Under the pieces are notes generated by a model. That model saw nothing but the letters and a program-made list of their open reading frames with translations. It had not been told where the DNA came from and did not search any database. Both the position numbers and the translations under genes were made by a program. From the NCBI GenBank assembly GCA_018396535.1, contig JAGTQC010000001.1, positions 32,001 through 96,000 on the forward strand: a DNA stretch of 64,000 nucleotides, given 5' to 3'. The DNA is from Candidatus Bathyarchaeota archaeon (GTDB lineage: Archaea > Thermoproteota > CALKCG01 > B24 > DRYS01). Shown in pieces: positions 1 through 8,677 of this stretch; position 1 is the first letter of the stretch, and each line of letters opens with the position of its first letter.

Positions 1-66
1 AATCCATACGCCGAGGAATATTAACAGAAGGCTCAGAATGCATAGAATTCTACGTATATCTATCAT
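1..66 (-). CDS. 5' end of a secreted or membrane protein (runs off the window edge)
   Basis: Manual translation MIDIRRILCILSLLLIFLGVWI resembles a signal peptide. Confidence 0.45.
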   Translation of the reverse strand, partial: MIDIRRILCILSLLLIFLGVWI

Positions 67-233
67 TCATAGTACACCGCCTAAGAGTATCCATACCTTA
101 ATGCAATCCTAGGCTATATAATAAACGTTTCTATACGGATATCCCCCGCATCCTTACACTACCTACAGAATTCATAAAGAATAGTGGTTGAAGAATGGTA
201 GCCCGGGGGAGATTCGAACTCCCGTCGGCGGGG

Positions 234-252
234 TTCTCCTCCCTATAGGGAT
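234..252 (-). other. Canonical 37/38 tRNA intron (19 nt)
   Basis: BHB: central helix CTCT/GGAG, bulges GGA and AAC, inner helix TCCC/GGGA. Confidence 0.9.
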
Positions 253-260
253 CCAGAGCC

Positions 261-292
261 TTATGGGAGGGGGCTGGCCCTCACCCGCCTCT
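261..292 (-). other. Non-canonical 29/30 tRNA intron (32 nt)
   Basis: BHB-like: central ATGG/CCAT, bulges CGA and AAG, inner helix GAGG/CCTC. Confidence 0.85.
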
Positions 293-373
293 CGCCATGC
301 TTGGCCGCTGCACCACCGGGCTACCCTCCCATTGTATTATCTCTCTAGGAGGGTTTTAAGGGTTTTGGTTGGT

Positions 374-640
374 TTACACGATTTCAGCTATGGATCCTAT
401 CAGTGTTCCTGGTATCCCCCTATTCATCCTAGCCACTACCACACCCTTCCTCCCATGTACAGCTACTATCCTCCCATAGAATTTACTAATTCTCCTACCT
501 AGCTTTGCTTCTAATACTAGCCTCCTACCTATTAGTCTAGAAGCCTCTCTATCCGATTCTATAAACTCTGGCTTAACTAGTAGCTGGTTTGAGTATTGCT
601 TCTTAGGCCCGATCCTGTAATTTAGGATCCTAGCCTTCAT
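374..640 (-). CDS. rpl35ae: 50S ribosomal protein L35Ae
   Basis: NYRIGPKKQYSNQ and GRIVAVHGRKGVVVAR motifs, 88 aa. Confidence 0.92.
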   Translation of the reverse strand: MKARILNYRIGPKKQYSNQLLVKPEFIESDREASRLIGRRLVLEAKLGRRISKFYGRIVAVHGRKGVVVARMNRGIPGTLIGSIAEIV

Positions 641-720
641 CGAAGACCGCCTCTAAGATCTATTCTAATCCATAGAGCTTCAGATTCATTAACTTTTCTC
701 GATATCTATACTAGGTTTAG

Positions 721-1575
721 ATGAAGTTTAAGGTTAAGGTATTCGAAAGCTGCTACTGGATGCCTGGATACGATTTCGAAACTGAGATAGCATCCAGGGT
801 TAGCCGTTATGCTAGAAGCGGAGACTATCTTGTAATCTCGGAGAAGGCTATAGCTACAGCTCTAGGCTACCTTATAGATGAATCTAAGATCGAGCCTAGT
901 CTATCAGCTAAGATTCTAGCTAAGGTATGGGTACCGATATTCTGGGGATACTTGCTAGGCATCCTATGCGGTTTAAGGTATACTACGCTTAATAAACTTA
1001 GGATGTACCCGTATATCGATGGAGCGCGTCATAAGGAAGCTGCGATACGCTACATCGGACCGGTAGCTGCTTTAAAGCATTTCTCTGAGGGGGGGTTGGA
1101 TGTGAATAATCTACCATACAGCTATGCATCGATCCCTCTACCTAGATGTAGAGCATGCGAGATAGCTTCGAGGATTAGGATGAGGATAGCTGATAGATGC
1201 GGATCTGATATAACGGTAGTCGTGGTTGATAGCGATCATACCTTCAGCTGGCGTTCCATACACATATCTTCGAGACCATCGATAGATGGTATAGTAAACC
1301 TATCCACACTAGGCTTCATAATAGGAGCATCGTTAAGGTGGAAGGCTAGACCTACACCTATAGCTGTATCCGGATCATACGGTAGCTTAGAAGAGGTTTT
1401 AGAAGTTTGTAGAATAGCTGATAAAGCTATGGGTTACGGTCTAGGTAGAGATATATGGGATACATCATCTAGAATCGGTGTACAGCCTACCAGCTTAACA
1501 TGGAGCATCCTTAACAAGTATAGGCATAAACCCTACGCTCTCGTACGTAGAATCTGCCAAGCTACTAGATCCTAG
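721..1575 (+). CDS. Coenzyme F420:L-glutamate ligase (CofE)-like protein
   Basis: GDYLVISEKAIA, GGLDVNNLP and VVVVDSD motifs. Confidence 0.7.
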   Translation: MKFKVKVFESCYWMPGYDFETEIASRVSRYARSGDYLVISEKAIATALGYLIDESKIEPSLSAKILAKVWVPIFWGYLLGILCGLRYTTLNKLRMYPYIDGARHKEAAIRYIGPVAALKHFSEGGLDVNNLPYSYASIPLPRCRACEIASRIRMRIADRCGSDITVVVVDSDHTFSWRSIHISSRPSIDGIVNLSTLGFIIGASLRWKARPTPIAVSGSYGSLEEVLEVCRIADKAMGYGLGRDIWDTSSRIGVQPTSLTWSILNKYRHKPYALVRRICQATRS

Positions 1576-2359
1576 ATAACTCCTCTAGTAATCTATCCTC
1601 CACTACTCTATGCTCTCTGAAATGCTCGTTAGGATCCTTCGCGAGAGTATAAACCCAGTATATTATGAAGAAGCCTAGGCTAAATATCGTAGCTATCAAG
1701 TATACAACTGTACTCCTATCTGGGAAGAGGTAGTCTGGGCTAAATCCTATAGGCTTAGCTTTAGGATTCACTTCTACAGCTATCGATGAAAAACTGCTTA
1801 GAATATACCTCTCCATCCTGGTATGGGATAGGAAATCCTTATTGAGGAAGTGGTATACGTAGATCAGGATTAAAGAGCCTACTATAGGAATTACCTGTAG
1901 GATAGCCCATATGAATGCATCCCTCTCCCTCCACTCGTAACCCGCATCCCTAAGATCCCTCTCCAATAGTTGAAGCCTATCCCTTACATACACACCCCTC
2001 TCGACGCTCACCGCTACTATGTAATCCCTTACAGAATCGAATAATCTTAAAACCCTTCTAAAATGCCTATTCCTCCTATCCACAAGCCTATAGACGATAT
2101 ATATGTTGAATAGACGCATAGCTATCGCTACGATGAAGACTATCGTATACACTAGGATAGGCAGCCTTACCAAACCAGGTCTAGGAGGTATAGGTGTAAC
2201 GAGGAATCGTATACCTATAACTATAGAGGATATCCATGTAGATATGAGTACAACTATGAAGGGTATCATAGGAAGCCATACAGGTATTATACGATCTGAT
2301 TCATCTCTAGCCTCTATACATCTACGTATATACTCTATATGCGGGGATCTAGATGTCAA
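1565..2359 (-). CDS. Membrane protein (DUF4234-like)
   Basis: Hydrophobic helices with repeated IYIVY..RRNRH / IYWVY..DPNEH units. Confidence 0.6.
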   Translation of the reverse strand: MTSRSPHIEYIRRCIEARDESDRIIPVWLPMIPFIVVLISTWISSIVIGIRFLVTPIPPRPGLVRLPILVYTIVFIVAIAMRLFNIYIVYRLVDRRNRHFRRVLRLFDSVRDYIVAVSVERGVYVRDRLQLLERDLRDAGYEWRERDAFIWAILQVIPIVGSLILIYVYHFLNKDFLSHTRMERYILSSFSSIAVEVNPKAKPIGFSPDYLFPDRSTVVYLIATIFSLGFFIIYWVYTLAKDPNEHFREHRVVEDRLLEELSRI

Positions 2360-2455
2360 GCTAGATTTGCCATGATATACGCTAAGTATTAACTCTTACT
2401 ATCTATAGGATGCGGAATCCTTATCTAGATCACATACGCCGTTACTATTCTAGTT

Positions 2456-3676
2456 ATGCCAACAGTTAAGATCGGTATAATAGGTAAGACGAATACCGGT
2501 AAAACAACATTCTTCAATGCTGCAACTCTACTAAGAGCTGAGGTAGGCACCTACCCCTTCACAACTAAGAAGCCTAACATAGGTATAGGATATGCTAGAA
2601 GCTTCTGCGTATGCTCAGAATTCAACATTAAGGATAATCCTAGAAACTCTATATGTATAAGAGGCTTCAGATTCATACCTGTAGAGCTTATAGATCTACC
2701 AGGCCTCATCAAGGGAGCATGGATGGGTAAGGGGCTGGGCAACCAGTTTCTAACAGTAGCATCGCAGGCAGATGTACTACTACATGTAGTAGATGCATCC
2801 GGTAGTATAAACCAGGCTGGAGAACTCGTAGCTCCAGGAATAGGTGATCCAGTACAGGATGTCCTAGATATAGAGGAGGAGCTTAATATGTGGCTCTACA
2901 AGATACTGGAGGGTAGTAGAGCTAGGATTATTAAGATGCTTGAAAGCCGTACAGCTAGGCTTATACCAGCTTTAACCCAGCTCCTATCAGGTCTCAAGAT
3001 AACTAGAGCTCATATAGAGGAGGCTCTAAAACTATCAGAGTTAAACGATAAACCATTCGAGAAGTGGAGCCAGGATGAATTGAAGCTATTCGCTGCAAAT
3101 CTTAGAAAGGTATCTAAGCCTACGGTGATAGTAGCTAATAAGATAGATATAAAGGGAGCTGAGGAGAACTATGAGAGGCTAATCGAAGTATTCAAGCCGA
3201 CCCCTGTTATACCATGCTCAGCTGAAGCTGAGCTTGCATTAAGAAGAGCGGAGTCAGATGGGCTGGTGGAGTATCTACCTGGAGATGAGATATTCAAGGT
3301 TTTATCCTACGATCAGCTATCTGAGAGGCAGAAAGCTGCTTTAAAATATGTAACTGAAAGGGTTTTCGAGAAGATCTCTATGACTGGTGTACAGTATGCT
3401 ATAGATGTAGCCGTATTCAAACTCCTACGTATGAATGTAGTCTACCCGGTTGAGGATGAGAATAAGCTTACAGATAGTAAGGGTAATATCCTCCCAGATG
3501 CATTCCTCATGCCTCAGGGAGCTACGGTATACGATCTAGCTATGGAGATACATAGCGATCTAGCTAATACCATGCTCTACGCGATAGATGCTAGAACTAA
3601 GATTAGATTACCTAAAGACTATATCCTGAGGGATAGGGATGTTATAAAGATAGTAGCAGCAGCTGGTAGAGGCTAG
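2456..3676 (+). CDS. ychF: YchF/Obg-family translation-associated GTPase/ATPase with TGS domain
   Basis: GKTNTGKTT, YPFTT, DLPGL, NKID motifs and C-terminal TGS. Confidence 0.9.
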   Translation: MPTVKIGIIGKTNTGKTTFFNAATLLRAEVGTYPFTTKKPNIGIGYARSFCVCSEFNIKDNPRNSICIRGFRFIPVELIDLPGLIKGAWMGKGLGNQFLTVASQADVLLHVVDASGSINQAGELVAPGIGDPVQDVLDIEEELNMWLYKILEGSRARIIKMLESRTARLIPALTQLLSGLKITRAHIEEALKLSELNDKPFEKWSQDELKLFAANLRKVSKPTVIVANKIDIKGAEENYERLIEVFKPTPVIPCSAEAELALRRAESDGLVEYLPGDEIFKVLSYDQLSERQKAALKYVTERVFEKISMTGVQYAIDVAVFKLLRMNVVYPVEDENKLTDSKGNILPDAFLMPQGATVYDLAMEIHSDLANTMLYAIDARTKIRLPKDYILRDRDVIKIVAAAGRG

Positions 3677-3679
3677 CCT

Positions 3680-4918
3680 ATGGCTAATATCAGATTCTAT
3701 GGTGGAGTAGATGGGTGTATAGGTGGGAATCAGATAGTATTAGAGGATGATAGCGCAACGCTACTCCTAGATTTCGGTTTAAACTATCGTATATGGTCCA
3801 GCTATTTCGAATTCATATTCTCAGAACCTGAGAGTATAGATGAAGTTATTCGTGTAGGCTTAGCTCCTGATAACCGTATACTAAGCTCTATAGATGCATG
3901 CATTCTATCCCATGCTCATACCGATCACTGGCGTCTAATAACGATACTACCTGAAGATACACGTATACTATTAGGGGAGTGCACCTACAGGATTATAGAA
4001 GGCTGGTCTAAACGAGTTAGGAGGAAAACGATACTATACCGTACATCTCATCTTAGATTCGATACATTCAGAACAGGATCCACTATAAGAATCGGGGATA
4101 TAGAGGTTAAACCTATAAGCGTGGATCATAGCATACCTGGAGCATACGGCTTCCATATATACACCCCATCAGGTTTGATAGTATATACAGGGGATTTCAG
4201 ACTTCACGGTAGGTTTAAGCCTAGGGTAGATCTATTCGAAGATTTAGAGGATAGGGTATCGCTACTCATATGCGAAGGAACGAATATAGGTAGACTCGTA
4301 GAGCCTATGAGTGAAAGCGATGTATACGCTAAAGCTTCGAGTATAGTAGAGGAGTGTAGAGGGCTTGTTGTAGTAGATATAGCTCCAGCAGATCTGGATA
4401 GGTTAAACACTATGATAGAGGTAGCCTATAGGGTGGGTAGGAGAGTCGTATGTAGCGATAGGATAATAGATACTATCACAGATCTATCAGGTGATAAGCT
4501 ACTTAAAGTTCCGAGGATAGGAGAGGATGTAGAACCGTTAGAGGATGTAGGGGATAGCTGTACACGCAACCCTGACAAGTATATGCTGATTACATGCTTA
4601 TATAGTGAGAGAGAGGTTAGGAGGATTAAACCTCCACCTGGGAGCATATATCTGCTAAGCTGTTCAGAACCCTTCGAGGAGGAGAGGGAGCTAGCGTTCA
4701 ACAGGCTATCCAACTGGCTATGTATATTCGGGGTATCGATGTACCATATACACTCATCTGGACACGCATACCCACTCGATATACGTAGGATAGTAGAGAG
4801 GATTAGACCTAAAGCCGTAGCCGCTATCCATACAGAGCATCCAGATACGTTTAGATACCTCCTATCCGATCTAACCAGAGTTTACACCTTTAGAAGAGGT
4901 GATGAACTTAGGATCTAG
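3680..4918 (+). CDS. MBL-fold beta-CASP hydrolase (RNase J-like)
   Basis: LLDFG, HAHTDH, VDHS, YTGDFR and HSSGH motifs. Confidence 0.8.
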   Translation: MANIRFYGGVDGCIGGNQIVLEDDSATLLLDFGLNYRIWSSYFEFIFSEPESIDEVIRVGLAPDNRILSSIDACILSHAHTDHWRLITILPEDTRILLGECTYRIIEGWSKRVRRKTILYRTSHLRFDTFRTGSTIRIGDIEVKPISVDHSIPGAYGFHIYTPSGLIVYTGDFRLHGRFKPRVDLFEDLEDRVSLLICEGTNIGRLVEPMSESDVYAKASSIVEECRGLVVVDIAPADLDRLNTMIEVAYRVGRRVVCSDRIIDTITDLSGDKLLKVPRIGEDVEPLEDVGDSCTRNPDKYMLITCLYSEREVRRIKPPPGSIYLLSCSEPFEEERELAFNRLSNWLCIFGVSMYHIHSSGHAYPLDIRRIVERIRPKAVAAIHTEHPDTFRYLLSDLTRVYTFRRGDELRI

Positions 4919-5559
4919 AACTCCATAAGGTATGGTAGTATCGATCTAAGATCAGCAGATTCCACTACTACATCAGCTACCTTCCTCACAGCTTCTACCT
5001 TAGGATTGAAGGCTATCCTAAACCCTGCCTCCTCGAATAGAGAGATATCGCTTATATCATCACCTACAGCTGCTACAGCACCTCTATCGATACATAGAAA
5101 CTCCATGAACGATCTCAGTATCCTACCCTTATCACCTATACCAACCCTAACCTCTATACCACCAGTAAGTATACCATCCACGACTACCAGCCTATTAGCT
5201 ATAGCGTAATCTACACCTAACCTACGCGCAGCTATATCTGCAAGCTCCTGTAAACCCGCACTTATAATCAGCGTTCTAACACCAGCACTTCTCAAAGCAT
5301 CCATAACGTATTCAGCTCCATCCACATACTCTATCTCAGATAAAGCCTCCATAACATCCTTCGCAGGTATACCACGCCATAAGCTTGTATCTAGCCTAGC
5401 CCACTCCTCGTAGCTTATACACCCCCTGAAGAATAGGTCAGCGTTAACCCTAGCCTTCCCGATAGTACCAAACCTAGTATGCAGATACTCCCATACACTT
5501 GTAATCCTAGTTAAAGTTCCATCCAGATCGAATGCTACTAGTTTAAACCTAGATTTCAC
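4915..5559 (-). CDS. HAD-IB phosphatase (phosphoserine phosphatase-like)
   Basis: AFDLDGTL, ISAG, K, GDDISD and IAFNPK motifs. Confidence 0.8.
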   Translation of the reverse strand: MKSRFKLVAFDLDGTLTRITSVWEYLHTRFGTIGKARVNADLFFRGCISYEEWARLDTSLWRGIPAKDVMEALSEIEYVDGAEYVMDALRSAGVRTLIISAGLQELADIAARRLGVDYAIANRLVVVDGILTGGIEVRVGIGDKGRILRSFMEFLCIDRGAVAAVGDDISDISLFEEAGFRIAFNPKVEAVRKVADVVVESADLRSILPYLMEF

Positions 5560-5620
5560 AAAACTTACAAGTATCTAGGAAGACTTTAAGTTTAGCTATA
5601 GGGGTGTGGAGGTAGCATAG

Positions 5621-6614
5621 ATGTTTAGAGAACCTATAGTAGCCGTTACACACGGAGAGTCTCTCTGAGAGACCCGAATACTGTGACGGCGTATGCTCAG
5701 CAGCTATACTGAAGAGAAGTATGAGAGTGGATACTATACGTATATCTACACCTACAAGTCTATGTAGAATACTGAAATCGCTAGCTTCTATAAACCCGTC
5801 GACCATAGTTATATGCGATATAGCTGTCGATACAGGCTACATGAACGAGCTTATAGATCTGATCAGAAACATATCCTCTAGATGCTTCATATACTATATA
5901 GATCATCATCCACCACCCGCAGGATTCCCCCCACCCGGCATAGATCAATTCAAGTACATATACAGGTCGGGTGTATCAGCCTCCCAGCTTGTATACGAAG
6001 CTATAGGTAGATCCGATGATAGGATATCCAGAATCCTTATGGCCTACGGAGCTATAGGCGATATGTGCGATGAATCCCAGCTAGTTAGGGATGTATTAAG
6101 CCTATGGGATAGACGGCTCATATACCTAGAAGCAGGCTTCATAACCGAGGGGCTGATATCTAGGAGAGATGAGAAATTCATATACGAGCTAATAGATAGG
6201 CTAGCTCAAGGTAATCCACCTAGTAGTATACCGGAGCTAGTATCCAGCTGTCTTAAAACCCTGAGCGACGAGTACAAGGTGTATAAGTATGTAGAGGAAA
6301 ACGTTAACGTAAGAGGTAGGATAGCTATCGTAACTAAGATACCTATAAGAGGCTTCGGAGGTAAAGCTGCAAACTATGCTCTAGCATATACCAGAGCTGA
6401 TGTAGCTATAGCTATAACTATAAGCGGTGGTACAGCTCATATGAGTTTAAGAAGTAGGAATCCAAGAATAGATCTAAACGATCTAACACGTAGATTATCC
6501 ACAGCTCTAGGAGGATACGGTGGGGGGCATCCTCAATCAGCTGCAGCAAGGATACCAGCTTCAAGAATAGAGGAGTTCCTCATGTTTATGGAGATAGCTC
6601 TACAAGGATTATGA
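5621..6614 (+). CDS. DHH/DHHA1 family phosphoesterase, intron-containing (exons 5621-5657 and 5680-6614; 323 aa spliced)
   Basis: SD GGAGGT before ATG5621; spliced N-terminus MFREPIVAVTHGDCDGVCSAAIL restores motif I; downstream ICD, IDHH, GAIGD, SLRS and GGGHPQSA motifs. Confidence 0.88.
5658..5679 (+). other. Predicted 22-nt BHB-like mRNA intron in the DHH gene
   Basis: Inner stem GTCTCT/AGAGAC, bulges AGA and ATA; contains in-frame TGA at 5666; removal restores frame and the HGDxDG motif. Confidence 0.8.
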
Positions 6615-6690
6615 GAACCTCGATATCTAACCCTACAAGCTAAACCTTAATATGTAAGTACATCTTGAGCATCCTATGGCGGTGGGATAG

Positions 6691-7788
6691 ATGAAGGTAA
6701 CTATATCCGTTATAAAAGCAGATGTAGGATCCCTAGCAGGACACCACATAGTATACCAGGAGCAGATAGATCTCGCAAAGAAGATGCTACAGAAAGCTAA
6801 GGATGAAGGCCTACTCATAGACTACTACGTATTCAACGCTGGAGATGACCTAGAACTCGTTATGACTCATACTAGAGGAGAATCCAGCCCTGAGATACAC
6901 GGCTTAGCTTGGAATGTATTCAAGGAGGTGACAGAGAAGGTTTCACGTCCTAGAAAGCTGTATGCAGCTGGTCAAGATCTACTAAGCGAAGCATTCTCTG
7001 GTAATGTTAAAGGTATGGGTCCAGGCGTAGCCGAGATGGAGATAGAGGAGAGGAGGAGTGAACCTATAATAGTCTTTGCCGCAGATAAGACGGAGCCCGG
7101 AGCCTGGAATCTACCTCTATACAGGATGTTCGCAGATCCATGGAATACAGCTGGTCTAGTTATAGATCCATCCATGCATCAAGGCTTCGTATTCAGGGTT
7201 ATGGATGTGGTCGAAGGCAAGACCATAGATTTGAAGACTCCTGAAGAAGCATACGATCTACTAGCTCTAATAGGTACTACAGGAAGATATATCGTAGAGA
7301 GGGTTTACAGAGCTGACGGGCTTCTAGCAGCAGTAGCTAGCGTAACTAGGCTAAGCCTCATAGCAGGTAGGTATGTAGGTAAGGATGATCCTGTATGTAT
7401 AGTTAGATGCCAGCATGGCCTACCAGCAGTCGGTGAAGCCTTAGCCCCATTCTTCACACCACACTTCGTAGCAGGGTGGATGAGGGGGTCACACTACGGT
7501 CCATTAATGCCTGTAGGCTTGAAGGATAGTAGATGCTCATTCTTCGATGGGCCGCCTAGAGTCGTAGCGTTAGGATTCCAGCTAGCTGAAGGTAAGCTAA
7601 TAGGACCAGCAGATCTATTCGATGATGTAGCATTCGACCATTCAAGAAGGATAGCACTCCAGATGGCAGAATTAATAAGAAGAAACGGGCCTATAGCACC
7701 AGCTATACTAGGACCAGAGGAACTAGAGTACACGGGTATAAAGGAGACTCTACAGAGACTAGCATCTAGATTCAAAGAGGCTAAGTAG
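6691..7788 (+). CDS. fbp: Bifunctional fructose-1,6-bisphosphate aldolase/phosphatase (class V)
   Basis: IKADVGS, GDD, LYAAGQDLL, DKTEPGAWN, YVGKDDP and GWMRGSH motifs. Confidence 0.96.
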   Translation: MKVTISVIKADVGSLAGHHIVYQEQIDLAKKMLQKAKDEGLLIDYYVFNAGDDLELVMTHTRGESSPEIHGLAWNVFKEVTEKVSRPRKLYAAGQDLLSEAFSGNVKGMGPGVAEMEIEERRSEPIIVFAADKTEPGAWNLPLYRMFADPWNTAGLVIDPSMHQGFVFRVMDVVEGKTIDLKTPEEAYDLLALIGTTGRYIVERVYRADGLLAAVASVTRLSLIAGRYVGKDDPVCIVRCQHGLPAVGEALAPFFTPHFVAGWMRGSHYGPLMPVGLKDSRCSFFDGPPRVVALGFQLAEGKLIGPADLFDDVAFDHSRRIALQMAELIRRNGPIAPAILGPEELEYTGIKETLQRLASRFKEAK

Positions 7789-7914
7789 CTATATACATTT
7801 TTGTGTTAATATATCGAATCCATCTTCTTTTTACCTCTTCAATACAACTATATAGGATCCCATGATACAACTACAGTTTTCTATACCCGATACACTAAAA
7901 ACATTTCCAACAGA

Positions 7915-7920
7915 CTTAAA
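7915..7920 (+). promoter_or_regulatory. Putative TATA box for the structured RNA
   Basis: CTTAAA about 27 nt upstream of the 5' strand of the closing helix. Confidence 0.45.
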
Positions 7921-7946
7921 TCCTCTCACCACCTTAGATAAAAATC

Positions 7947-8271
7947 GCCGGTCGACGGGCGGTACCCCGTTACATCTCTATAGGTTTCTATAGGGATGTA
8001 ACGGTGGATAATACAACGGTAAACAGCCTCCTCCCCCCGGAGGAAGGGGGTCTACCGGGGGGGACCCCCTCCTGGGAGACTGTTTACCGTTGTATTATCC
8101 ACCGTTACATCCCTATAGAAACCTATAGAGATGTAAATCTGAATACCCCTAGGTCCCCCGCCTAGGAGTATTCAGAGGAAGGGGATGCTTGCAATTAACC
8201 GTAGGCTCCGTAACCGGAGCCGAAGGTTGATTGTAAGCCATGGAGGAAACTCCTACCGCCCGATAAACGGC
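7947..8271 (+). ncRNA. Unclassified highly structured RNA closed by a perfect BHB motif (predicted 310-nt circle, 7957-8266)
   Basis: GCCG-GTCG-ACG-GGCGGTA pairs with TACCGCC-CGAT-AAA-CGGC; several internal hairpins; G-U pairs favour the + strand; no ORF in the track. Confidence 0.7.
7970..8136. repeat. Perfect 57-bp inverted repeat (7970-8026 / 8080-8136) with a 53-nt GC-rich spacer
   Basis: Arms checked base by base as exact reverse complements. Confidence 0.97.
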
Positions 8272-8329
8272 ATCCCTTCTATTCTACGATCATCATGAAT
8301 TCGAGTTTATCTACTCTATCGTAACTGGT

Positions 8330-8590
8330 TTATGGAGCTAGCTCCTGCTGACCCTTACCTGTAATCCTCCATGTAGATGGTCTACGCGATACCCTTACTA
8401 CTATACCATCCCTCTCCATCTTCCTAAGCTGTTTTAGTGTCGCTGAGTATGATCTACCTATGGCTTCAGATATAGTATTTGCATCAGATATACCTATCCT
8501 TAGGAGTTCTATTATACGGCTCCTAGTTCTAAGACCTTTCTTAACGTTTCTAGTCGTAACTAGGTATGATTTAGCATCGTATCTATCCAT
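8330..8590 (-). CDS. Small winged helix-turn-helix protein
   Basis: TRSRIIELL...ANTISEAIGRSYSATLKQLRKMERDGIV...WRIT pattern. Confidence 0.8.
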   Translation of the reverse strand: MDRYDAKSYLVTTRNVKKGLRTRSRIIELLRIGISDANTISEAIGRSYSATLKQLRKMERDGIVVRVSRRPSTWRITGKGQQELAP

Positions 8591-8677
8591 CTCTATCTAC
8601 TCTAATCTATAGTAGCTAATAGGGTATCTTAACGTTTATCTCTGGCTTTATTATCCTATCAATTAGGTTTCAGATCT

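Larger units (their letters stand above)
196..322 (-). tRNA. tRNA-Gln(CTG) with two introns and encoded CCA
   Basis: Acceptor AGCCCGG/CCGGGCT, T-arm GGGAG-TTCGAAT-CTCCC; anticodon arm GCGGG-CT-CTG-GC-CCCGC forms after removing 234-252 and 261-292. Confidence 0.93.

Noticed and set aside
188-502. 104-aa ORF on the + strand
   Set aside because: Antisense to tRNA-Gln and rpl35ae; a shadow ORF.
8109-8118. 10-nt match ATCCCTATAG shared by the ncRNA and the tRNA-Gln intron
   Set aside because: Short and built from motifs over-represented in this genome; likely chance.
7970-8136. MITE or CRISPR interpretation of the inverted repeat
   Set aside because: No target-site duplication, no second copy or transposase in the window, and no direct repeat-spacer periodicity.
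8199-8226. AGG...GTAA...AGC resembling SRP helix 8
   Set aside because: The GNRA loop would be closed by C-C, the region pairs better as GGCTCCG/CGGAGCC, and no clear helix 6 or Alu domain was found.
8242-8257. GAGGAAACTCC resembling RNase P RNA conserved region I
   Set aside because: It forms a local GAAA hairpin, only a partial P4 partner (GTAGG) exists, and no CR-V or P1-P3 arrangement fits. Not called, although a covariance search should confirm.
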